Shown here: positions 8,107-15,179 of the stretch, one piece after another
Layout of the letters: each line of letters starts with the position of its first letter
Position numbering within the stretch: position 1 is the stretch's first letter
IMG/VR virus record: IMGVR_UViG_3300020213_000028
Length of the DNA stretch: 20,000 nt
Strand: one strand, 5' to 3'
DNA from: an uncultured virus (IMG/VR IMGVR_UViG_3300020213_000028)
Lineage: Duplodnaviria; Heunggongvirae; Uroviricota; Caudoviricetes
Program-made: the position numbers and the translations under genes
The notes under the pieces: model-generated
What the model was told of the DNA's origin: nothing
Seen by the model: only the letters and a program-made list of their open reading frames with translations
The model's database searches: none

Positions 8107-10202
8107 AGGTGTCCGATGTAGGTGTAGTAGATTGAGTCAGCCACTTTATAGGGCAGGGGTCCGACCTGAGTGACCGTCTGCGGGGCCGTCGCCAGGCTGG
8201 TGTAGAGGGAGTTCGTATGGACATACGCCTCAGCGCCGTTGGCGTTGACCACCAGCTCCATGTAGTGCTGAAAATCGTCCTCTTTCAGCGGCACGTAGAT
8301 GATGGAGCCGACCGGCGCGGCGCCCGTCGGCGAGAACAGAGTCTTGGGGTCGGTCAGCTCGACCCGCCTGCCGTTGAAAAACAGGATGAGCCGGTCGTCG
8401 ACGACGGAGTAGCCCGTAAGAGCGTCCTCCCAGTTAACCGGGTAGATGATCGGCCCGGCGTCGCGCGGGAGCCAGTTGTGCTGCTCGCGCCCCTCCCAGT
8501 ACAGAGCGTAGGCCTCTCGGGTGCCGGGGACGGCTATTGCGTGGGTGCACGCAGCGTTATTCCCGTCGGACTGAGTGTATGCCCAGAAGTAGTGAACCTC
8601 TTGCCCCGTAATCGCGTTCAAAACATAAGGTCCGTATTTTGCCCAGGAATAGGTAGTCCAGTTGGCGCGGCGGTCGTTAGAAGTGCCGTAAAACGCGCCG
8701 GCGCCCTGAGTGTAGATGGCGGGGGTCGGGCCGATCACATAGTCATATACGAGCCGCCCATATACGTCGGTGGTTATGGCCAGGGACCCTTCAGGAACAT
8801 GCTCCGTGACCACGTCACTGAGATTCTCCCAGTACAGAATCTCTAACCGATCACCGTCAAAAAACACGTTGAGCGGTACGCTGTACGGCGCCTCGCTCCT
8901 TCTGGCGGCGCTGCGGCTGTCCACCGCTAGACCGCCGTTCATGTCTATTAGATACAGCTGCGAGCCCACACCGGTGGGAAGAAAGTACGGCGCCGCACTT
9001 ATTGGCCTGAAGGGCTCGTCGGTCGTGTTATTCGAGAGCCGCATGTCGTTGAATAGCTCGATCAGCACCGCAGAGCCGCTCCCAACAGGCTGCCCGACCG
9101 GCGGCGTGCGATCGTGCGCGGTCAAGCTGATACGGATCGCGTAATGCCCCGCCATAGGACCATCGCCTGAGACATACCGCTGGCACGTGTTGTGCGCCTC
9201 GGTGCCGGTGTCTGAGAACGCCCAGCCAAGGGTGGCGCCGTACGGACCCCACACCGCGTAGTAGGGATCGAGGTCGTCCTCCGAAATGAGCCGCAGCACG
9301 GTGCCCGCCGTGATCGCGTCGAGCAGATCGACGCCAGTGGGGAAGGTCTCGCCCGACGGCAGGCCCCCGAATTCTTCCAACACGGCTAGGGCGTCGAAAT
9401 CCCCGGCGGCCTGCGTAACATCGCGGTACGACGCGCCGGTCGTGCCGGCGAGCAGCGGCAGAGGCATGGCGATCACGCCCTGGTTGATGCTGATCTCCAC
9501 CAGCCAGTGGTTGCGCTGGCCGGCCTTGACGATTCCATGCGTGCGCACCCACTTGTAGTCGTACTCAACTTTCACGCCGCGGTCGATCAGCTCGCCGCCG
9601 GGCGCGAGATACCGAATGCGGCCGAGCCCCTGGATCGCCTGGATCACGCGCTTCATCGCGCCTGAGTACATACTGGCCTTGAGATAGGTCAGCTGCGACA
9701 CCGGCCAGCCGTCGATCGCAGGGCCGCTCAAGTCGCTGTGCACTGAGCCGGGTTCCAGGCCGAGTTTGAAGGGGTCGTGGTACTGGAACGGGATCTCGTG
9801 CGCCTGCGCGCAGTACGGCGTCGGGTGGAACGACGAACACACCGTCTCGCCGTCTACCTCGCGCTCTTTCAGCACGCCTTCATGCACCACGCCGCTGTAC
9901 ATGATGGGGCGTGCGCCTTCGCCTTTGGGTGGCGACGGCGCTGGTTCTGTCGTGACGGTGTCGACCGGACCCTTGCCGGTGGAGAGGATGACGATCTTCG
10001 CGGTGCCCGCCAGGATCACAGTGACCGTCGCGTTGCTGTTGGGGACCTTGCGCACCAGCGTAACGTGCGACACGCCCCCGGTGGCTTTCTGCTGCAGCGC
10101 CTTGAAGAGAAGATTGCGCCCGAGCCCGGCGAGCAGGCGGGCCTCAGCCAGGTCCCCTTCGACTCGGACAGATACATCAGTGGGGAAGTAGGTATCACTC
10201 AA
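8103..10202 (-). CDS. Putative tail protein, 699 aa, with an aromatic-rich and probably variable C-terminal half
   Basis: TTG start in a TTGA overlap with the upstream stop, GAGG RBS. Long ORF in the structural operon. No family recognised. Confidence 0.65.
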   Translation of the reverse strand: MSDTYFPTDVSVRVEGDLAEARLLAGLGRNLLFKALQQKATGGVSHVTLVRKVPNSNATVTVILAGTAKIVILSTGKGPVDTVTTEPAPSPPKGEGARPIMYSGVVHEGVLKEREVDGETVCSSFHPTPYCAQAHEIPFQYHDPFKLGLEPGSVHSDLSGPAIDGWPVSQLTYLKASMYSGAMKRVIQAIQGLGRIRYLAPGGELIDRGVKVEYDYKWVRTHGIVKAGQRNHWLVEISINQGVIAMPLPLLAGTTGASYRDVTQAAGDFDALAVLEEFGGLPSGETFPTGVDLLDAITAGTVLRLISEDDLDPYYAVWGPYGATLGWAFSDTGTEAHNTCQRYVSGDGPMAGHYAIRISLTAHDRTPPVGQPVGSGSAVLIELFNDMRLSNNTTDEPFRPISAAPYFLPTGVGSQLYLIDMNGGLAVDSRSAARRSEAPYSVPLNVFFDGDRLEILYWENLSDVVTEHVPEGSLAITTDVYGRLVYDYVIGPTPAIYTQGAGAFYGTSNDRRANWTTYSWAKYGPYVLNAITGQEVHYFWAYTQSDGNNAACTHAIAVPGTREAYALYWEGREQHNWLPRDAGPIIYPVNWEDALTGYSVVDDRLILFFNGRRVELTDPKTLFSPTGAAPVGSIIYVPLKEDDFQHYMELVVNANGAEAYVHTNSLYTSLATAPQTVTQVGPLPYKVADSIYYTYIGHL

Positions 10203-11200
10203 TTTGTCACCTCGGCTGTGCCGAATTGGCTGGTGTCGCCGATCGTTGGGTAGGCGATCTGCCAGCGGTTACACGCGTACTCGAGGGAGACGATCGGCTC
10301 GCCGAACTCCAGCGGCGCGATGCCGGCCGGGTTGATCGACGGGCTCGCCGACGCGGCGCCGAGCGCGGCTGAATCCCAGCCGCTGGGTTCCACGCTGCGG
10401 ATCTTGAACGCGACGAACGCAGTACCAGGTTCGTAGCTGTCAAACCCGGGGGCGTCGATGCTTCGTACGAGGTACTCGGTACGAGGTACGCCGAACTCGG
10501 CGGTGTCAAAGCCCGTCGCGCTGAGGGGGCGGTCGAGGAACCACACCGTGTGCGAGCCAAACTCCAGGTGGTCGTAGTCACCCATGCGGAGAGTGAGGGG
10601 CGCGTGGGCAACGCCGGGGCGCCCGCCAAACGGGGAGGCCGGCAGGCCGCCTACAAATACGCGCGAAGAATCCCAGCCAGTCGGCGTGATCGGCCGGTGA
10701 AGATGGCTGATGAACACTCCGCCGAAGCTCAGCCAGTCTGTCCCAGGGGCAACATCGACAGCGCCGTAGTGCCGGACTTTGTGTGCCCCGAACGCTACGC
10801 CGTCGAGCGCGACCGGGTAAATCGGACGGTTGAACAGCTCGACGGAAGTCGTGCCGAATATGCTCGCCGAGAGACCTACCGGGTAGACCTCTCGGTTCTT
10901 CTTCGTTACGGCTGTCGCGCCGAAGAACAGCGCCTGGATGCCGTTCGGGGCGATCCCTTGCGCAGCATTGGCGACGGTCGTGGCGCCGAACTGCAGTGAG
11001 TCAATGCCGGCGATGTCAAGCAAGTGCGCGATCGCGACGGAGCCGAATTGCAGAGAGTCGATCGCTGTCGGCAAGACATTCTGAGCGGCGGCCGCTACCG
11101 CCTCAGGGAACACCCCGACGAGCATCCGGCCGTCGTGCGTGGGGATGGCCGTGACAAAATTGAAGGCGGCTAACGCGCCGTTCGGCGGCGTGTAGCTCAC
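10199..11200 (-). CDS. Putative fibre/scaffold protein, 333 aa, ~13 x ~22-aa P-x-G-x-D-x-x-x-F-G repeats
   Basis: GTGA overlap start. Repeat examples: PTAIDSLQFG, IAGIDSLQFG, ATGFDTAEFG, PSGWDSAALG, TIGDTSQFG. Confidence 0.75.
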   Translation of the reverse strand: MSYTPPNGALAAFNFVTAIPTHDGRMLVGVFPEAVAAAAQNVLPTAIDSLQFGSVAIAHLLDIAGIDSLQFGATTVANAAQGIAPNGIQALFFGATAVTKKNREVYPVGLSASIFGTTSVELFNRPIYPVALDGVAFGAHKVRHYGAVDVAPGTDWLSFGGVFISHLHRPITPTGWDSSRVFVGGLPASPFGGRPGVAHAPLTLRMGDYDHLEFGSHTVWFLDRPLSATGFDTAEFGVPRTEYLVRSIDAPGFDSYEPGTAFVAFKIRSVEPSGWDSAALGAASASPSINPAGIAPLEFGEPIVSLEYACNRWQIAYPTIGDTSQFGTAEVTN

Positions 11201-11496
11201 AGGTATCCCACCTCAGGGTCCCCGAACGCCACGGCATCGCTGCCCGACGGGGCGACATCTCGGGCGAGCGAGGCGACGGCCGTGACCGGGTCCCAGATCA
11301 CCGCGTTGCCGAGACCGGATGGGTTATGCGCGATGATGGTGTAGGCGTCGTCGGTAATGAGTGCCGAGAACACAAACAGCCCCGCGGACGTAACGACCTC
11401 CTCTTCGAGCGAGCCATCATCCACGCGGTGCGCGCGGACAGTCGCGCCGCCCACCGCAGCACCTGCGTACGAGAGGTAGCCGGCAATATAGGTCAC
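11197..11496 (-). CDS. Small Ig-like / carboxypeptidase-regulatory-like protein, 99 aa; paralogue of the N-terminus of the 322-aa protein
   Basis: Start reassigned to GTG at 11496 (GTGA overlap with the upstream stop). VTYIAGYLSYAG..VRAHRVDDGSL aligns with MGYVAGSVKVAG..ARAYRLDDGTL. Confidence 0.75.
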   Translation of the reverse strand: MTYIAGYLSYAGAAVGGATVRAHRVDDGSLEEEVVTSAGLFVFSALITDDAYTIIAHNPSGLGNAVIWDPVTAVASLARDVAPSGSDAVAFGDPEVGYL

Positions 11497-12461
11497 AGCC
11501 AGGCCCTTGGCGTGTAGGCAGCCCCCTGATATTTGTCGAGCCCGACCAACAAGCGCGTCTGCGCTATGGATGTGTCTGGGGACTGAAGCCCGGCAAGCGT
11601 GTAGAAGGAGTAAGCGTCCGGCCCGAAGTAGAGCTCGTCGCACTGAAAGTCGGTCGTGTCTGCGACGCTACCGAGAAGCTCTCCTTCAAGAAAGAGCTGC
11701 ACCCCTTCGAGGGTCGTCGTGTTGTTACGAGTCATCGCGACCCGGAGTACTGTGTCAAGGTAGGGCTGGCACAAAAAGGTGTCGACGTACGGCCCTATCG
11801 ACCGGAAGATAGAAATGGTGGAATTGTCGAAATCTACGTACACTTGAAACCCGTCTGTGGTTACTGAGTCTGCGAGCGTGAACAGCAGCACCGGGCTCCC
11901 CGCAGAGTAGGTGCCGCTCGAGACAGTGAACATAGTTTCAAACGTGAAGTCCCCAGTACCGACGATGAGCTCCGTAGCTCCCGTCAGCGAGATAACGGCG
12001 TCGGCAGGGAGCTCGGCGACGGGCACCAAGTCGTCGTTCGGAAAGCCCCAGCGATTGCCGAAAACGGTCGTCGCCCCCACCGGCGTCCCGCCGCCGGCCG
12101 AGTTCGTGAAGTCAGTCTCGTAATTGAGGCGCAGTACTTCGTAGGACTCGTGATCCACGAAGCTGATCTCGTGGGCGCCGAGTCGCTGTGACTCCGCAGG
12201 GACTGCGAGCAGCGAGCGATTGAGCGTAGCGACCGCTGCCACCGAGTCGTAGACGATCGCGTTGTAGTTGGTGCCGCCAGCGAGGTCATGCGCCACCACG
12301 GTATACAAATCCCCGGTGGTGAGCGTTGACATAACGAACAAGCCGGTGCTATCCGTCGACGCCTCCTCTCCGAGAGTGCCGTCGTCGAGTCGATAGGCCC
12401 GCGCGAGAACCCCGAACGTCGGCACCCCAGCCACCTTCACCGATCCGGCGACGTAACCCAT
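11493..12461 (-). CDS. Putative tail fibre / receptor-binding protein, 322 aa: Ig-like N-terminal domain plus LamG/concanavalin A-like domain
   Basis: GTGDFTFETMF, RVAMTRN...QLFLEG, ELYFG and terminal Y...YTP motifs are typical of LamG-like jelly-roll domains in phage tail proteins. Confidence 0.7.
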   Translation of the reverse strand: MGYVAGSVKVAGVPTFGVLARAYRLDDGTLGEEASTDSTGLFVMSTLTTGDLYTVVAHDLAGGTNYNAIVYDSVAAVATLNRSLLAVPAESQRLGAHEISFVDHESYEVLRLNYETDFTNSAGGGTPVGATTVFGNRWGFPNDDLVPVAELPADAVISLTGATELIVGTGDFTFETMFTVSSGTYSAGSPVLLFTLADSVTTDGFQVYVDFDNSTISIFRSIGPYVDTFLCQPYLDTVLRVAMTRNNTTTLEGVQLFLEGELLGSVADTTDFQCDELYFGPDAYSFYTLAGLQSPDTSIAQTRLLVGLDKYQGAAYTPRAWL

Positions 12462-12464
12462 TGA

Positions 12465-12869
12465 TTACACGCGGAATATTTTATTAGTGCCGTTGTCCCA
12501 AGTCACGATGATGTCGCCGGAGTTCGGCGTGATCGCGAGACCTGTGGCCGTGTCGATGTAGGCGATCAAGCCCGACGTCGCTTCGACCCCGGTGCTCTTC
12601 ACCAAAAGGACCGCTTCGATCGACACGCCGGTGACCGCGGGGAACGTCACGTTGTCCGCGTCGCACGCGCCGGCGGTGGCCACGCGAGTGGTCAGCGTGA
12701 TCGGGCCAGCGATGCGTGAGGCCACCGCGACGTCGTCCAGAAAATCGTGCGCGGCGCTGTAGGTATATGCGCCAGTGTCGATGAGATATGCGACGACGGT
12801 GCCGCCGGTCCAGTCGAGGCCAGTCGTTGCGGCGAGCTGTCGAGCAGCGTCGTAGAGTGCGTTTGCCAT
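12465..12869 (-). CDS. Small virion structural protein, 134 aa
   Basis: GAGGA RBS. MANALYD..LDW..AYLID..DADNVTF..LIAYID..TPNSGDIIVTW..IF pattern is recognisable as a widespread phage structural protein type. Confidence 0.75.
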   Translation of the reverse strand: MANALYDAARQLAATTGLDWTGGTVVAYLIDTGAYTYSAAHDFLDDVAVASRIAGPITLTTRVATAGACDADNVTFPAVTGVSIEAVLLVKSTGVEATSGLIAYIDTATGLAITPNSGDIIVTWDNGTNKIFRV

Positions 12870-12889
12870 GGTGGTTCCTCAGTCTAAGA

Positions 12890-13420
12890 TCAGAGAGATA
12901 GTGCGAGTTTCGCCCGCGCCAGCAGCGCGCGGCGGTCGACGATGCCATTCAATCCGCCGTTGATCCTGCGGGTCACGCCCTCGAAGTCGCCCTTGTCAGC
13001 GAGCGCGCTCAAGCCCTTCCAGTTCCAAAACTCGACAGCAGACCGCGCTGCGTACTCCGGCTCGCACAGCCGCTCGGGGTTGTCGAGCAGCGTGCGTTCA
13101 GTGCCGAAGATCACCTTCGACATCTTGGCGTGGTTGGCGCGGCCGGTGATCTGGAAGATGCCGTGGCCCTTGTACTTCCTGCCGTCGCCCGGCTCGGTGT
13201 TGCCGAGGTCCTTGCGCCCTTCGTAGGCCTCGCCGCTGGCGAGCTCCGAGAGCCATTGGAAGCCTCCAGTCTCGTGCGCCGCCTGGGGGAGGAACATCTC
13301 CATGCGCTGGCGCGTGTCGATCTCGCCCGCGGCCATGGCCTGTACCAACGGCTCGTAGATCGCCGCGATCGCCGGTCGCTTGCTGTTGCAGATCGCCTGC
13401 AGTTGGAGGAGGGAGAACAT
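12890..13420 (-). CDS. Endolysin, glycoside hydrolase family 19 (chitinase class I-like), 176 aa
   Basis: Q-x-A-HETGGF, YEGRKDLGN..PGDG..YKG.G..QITGRAN, A..SA..FW and VTRRINGGLNG..DR are GH19 phage endolysin motifs. Confidence 0.93.
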   Translation of the reverse strand: MFSLLQLQAICNSKRPAIAAIYEPLVQAMAAGEIDTRQRMEMFLPQAAHETGGFQWLSELASGEAYEGRKDLGNTEPGDGRKYKGHGIFQITGRANHAKMSKVIFGTERTLLDNPERLCEPEYAARSAVEFWNWKGLSALADKGDFEGVTRRINGGLNGIVDRRALLARAKLALSL

Positions 13421-13836
13421 CAGCTTCCTTTGATGTGGTCACGCAGCCACTGCACGTCGATGCGGAGGCCTGCGACTTGTTCTTTCAGCGCGTGCACCTC
13501 TGCGGTGAGGCTCGCGATCTGGCGATCGGACTCGCTCAGTTTCGCCACCGCGGCGTCACGTTCGTCAGTCATCTTGGTGATCGCCACAACGCAGTCGTCC
13601 TGGATCCGGTCAGCCCGCGCGCGCTCGGCGTCGGCGCGGTCGGCGTACTTCCGGGCCTCGGCCTGCAGCGTACCGACGACGTCGGTCTCCGCGCGGTCCT
13701 TGGTCGTCTCGACTTTGTCGCGCGAGAGCATGCGCCACACGTAGCGGGCGAGGAACGTCGCGCCGAGCGTGAGCCCGGTCGACACCACGACGGGGTTGTT
13801 GGCAACAACCCCGGAGATCTCGGTGACTTCGCTCAC
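13420..13836 (-). CDS. Single-TM plus coiled-coil lysis-cassette protein (holin candidate), 138 aa
   Basis: Start reassigned to GTG at 13836 (GTGA overlap). Hydrophobic VVVSTGLTLGATFLARYVW followed by heptad-rich sequence. Stop overlaps the endolysin ATG (TGATG). Confidence 0.65.
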   Translation of the reverse strand: MSEVTEISGVVANNPVVVSTGLTLGATFLARYVWRMLSRDKVETTKDRAETDVVGTLQAEARKYADRADAERARADRIQDDCVVAITKMTDERDAAVAKLSESDRQIASLTAEVHALKEQVAGLRIDVQWLRDHIKGS

Positions 13837-14270
13837 GGGCCCGTCCAGCCGTCGTTGATTGCGGTGCGGAGCAAAACCCAGAAGGCGAAGCCGGCGACGA
13901 TCACCACCCCGGCGGGGGCGGGCAGCGAAGTGCCGAAGGTCATAGCGTAGGCGGGCGCCGCGTAGAGTACGAAACCCAGCGCGTTGACCGCGACGCCGAC
14001 GCGGGGCCGGCGCCACCGCTCATACACGCGCCACAGGCCTAGCACGCCGTAGACTGTGAACGCCGCGGCCCACGCGGCGGCGGGGGCGATGTCGTTCATG
14101 AGCTTATAGACCGGGGTGCCCAGCGCGTCGGGGACGGCGCGCAGCTTGTAGACCCAGACGAAGGCGCCTGCGGCCAGGCCGAACCGGACTGGCGCGGTGC
14201 TGCTGCCCCACAGAAGCTCTATGGTGTCGCGCCAGATCTCGCGCAGGCGGTAGTGAAGATCGAGGTTCAC
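13833..14270 (-). CDS. Multi-pass (~4 TM) membrane protein, holin/antiholin candidate, 145 aa
   Basis: Start reassigned to GTG at 14270 (GTGA overlap). Four hydrophobic segments: FGLAAGAFVWVY, AAAWAAAFTVYGVLGLW, VGVAVNALGFVLYAAPAYAM, AGVVIVAGFAFWVLL. Confidence 0.7.
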   Translation of the reverse strand: MNLDLHYRLREIWRDTIELLWGSSTAPVRFGLAAGAFVWVYKLRAVPDALGTPVYKLMNDIAPAAAWAAAFTVYGVLGLWRVYERWRRPRVGVAVNALGFVLYAAPAYAMTFGTSLPAPAGVVIVAGFAFWVLLRTAINDGWTGP

Positions 14271-14449
14271 TTGAGCTTTACGCAGTTGAGCTTGAACGGC
14301 TCGCTGAACTCTTTCGCTACCGCCTTGGCCGACACCTTGAGCTGCGCCTCGCACGCGGCCCGGCTCTCATACACCGTGGGAGTGCCGCTAGGGCCGTAAC
14401 CATAGCCGACGGTGGGGTTGGACAGCAGTACCAGGATGAGCACGAACAT
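14267..14449 (-). CDS. Small exported/membrane protein with two Cys, 60 aa
   Basis: ATG at 14449 with AGAGG RBS. MFVLILVLL N-terminus, YESRAAC and LNCVK. Confidence 0.65.
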   Translation of the reverse strand: MFVLILVLLSNPTVGYGYGPSGTPTVYESRAACEAQLKVSAKAVAKEFSEPFKLNCVKLK

Positions 14450-14459
14450 GGCAGACCTC

Positions 14460-14711
14460 TTAGGGTTGGGTGCTGATGTATTCGATGGCCGAGTCAAGGC
14501 GGTCAGCGCAGTCGTGGTGCTTGCGCGCGTTCTCGATCGTCATGCGGTCGTACTCCGCCTGTTTCGGGGACGTCGGCGGCTGTGGGCGCTCGCACGGCTG
14601 CAGCAGCTCCGCCGGCGTCGCGCGGGCCACGGGGGATCGCGTCGGTGAGGATGCGCAGGCGCTCAGCATCAAGATCGCAAGCGTCAGCAAAACTAGGTGG
14701 GTTGGTCGCAC
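14460..14711 (-). CDS. Rz1: Outer-membrane spanin lipoprotein (o-spanin), 83 aa
   Basis: Signal peptide with lipobox LSA-C and a Pro-rich mature region (PAELLQPCERPQPP). Starts inside the upstream i-spanin gene in another frame and extends past its stop. Confidence 0.88.
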   Translation of the reverse strand: MRPTHLVLLTLAILMLSACASSPTRSPVARATPAELLQPCERPQPPTSPKQAEYDRMTIENARKHHDCADRLDSAIEYISTQP

Positions 14712-14991
14712 GGTGGGCCTCGAGTTGTTGGAGAGCGGTTTCCGCGGCCTGGCGGGAGGCCCTAGCCTTGGCGAGCTGGCGCTTCACCAGGGCCTGGTCT
14801 TTTGCGAACTGCGCGTACGCCAGATCGGTGGCCTCGTTGAAGCCCTCGATCTGCGCTGCGTGCGCGGCGGCCGCCACGGCTTCGGCTTTGCCGGAGTGGC
14901 CCTTGAACCAGCCCACCCCGCCCATGACGGCAGCGACGATGAGGGCGATCAGGTAGGTCGCCGGGTTAAACGCGGCCGTGAGAAAACCCAT
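14503..14991 (-). CDS. Rz: Inner-membrane spanin (i-spanin)
   Basis: ATG at 14991 (TAATG overlap). N-terminal TM (YLIALIVAAVMGGVGWF), Ala-rich coiled coil, one Cys (ADACDL). Overlaps the lipoprotein gene. Confidence 0.85.
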   Translation of the reverse strand: MGFLTAAFNPATYLIALIVAAVMGGVGWFKGHSGKAEAVAAAAHAAQIEGFNEATDLAYAQFAKDQALVKRQLAKARASRQAAETALQQLEAHRATNPPSFADACDLDAERLRILTDAIPRGPRDAGGAAAAVRAPTAADVPETGGVRPHDDRERAQAPRLR

Positions 14992-15179
14992 TAGATGCAC
15001 CCGCTCTTAAGTCGTACTCGGTTTAGCTCTAACTTTAGAGCCTCGTTTTCTTGAAGCAATTCATTGACATACATGATTATACTCTGGCGCTCTGCCAGAG
15101 TGACGAGAGTGTAACCCTCCCCCACAACAAAAAACAAAACCACCAAAACAAAAATCAAAAACGCAGCTGTCTGTTTCAT
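14991..15179 (-). CDS. Small TM plus coiled-coil protein, 62 aa, AT-rich
   Basis: Coupled to both neighbours (ATGA and TAATG overlaps). FLIFVLVVLFFVV TM followed by LLQENEALKLEL. About 42% GC by hand count over 15001-15180. Confidence 0.6.
   Translation of the reverse strand: MKQTAAFLIFVLVVLFFVVGEGYTLVTLAERQSIIMYVNELLQENEALKLELNRVRLKSGCI
15076..15101 (-). promoter_or_regulatory. Candidate internal promoter -10 (TATAAT) abutting an 8-bp inverted repeat
   Basis: Minus-strand TATAAT at 15081-15076. actctggc (15081-15088) pairs with gccagagt (15094-15101). Only a weak -35 (TCGTCA, 19-nt spacer). Confidence 0.3.

Noticed and set aside
2584..12948. Alternative-frame minus-strand ORFs (e.g. 2986-3756, 3645-4262, 7616-8224, 9028-9552, 12484-12948)
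   Set aside because: Arg/Pro/Ser-rich translations typical of off-frame high-GC DNA, nested in better genes. Only the o-spanin overlap has positive evidence (lipobox).
13420..14497. ORF-track starts at 14016, 14354 and 14497 (also 11643 and 15000)
   Set aside because: The extensions overlap upstream genes extensively. Coupled or RBS-bearing starts at 13836, 14270, 14449, 11496 and 14991 fit better.
15064..15083. Plus-strand TTGACA ... TATACT promoter-like pair
   Set aside because: The spacer is only 8 nt, which is incompatible with sigma70 geometry.
15121..15175. T-rich run on the minus strand after the 932-aa gene as an intrinsic terminator
   Set aside because: No strong stem precedes it, and the T-richness is explained by Phe/Val/Leu codons of the TM segment.
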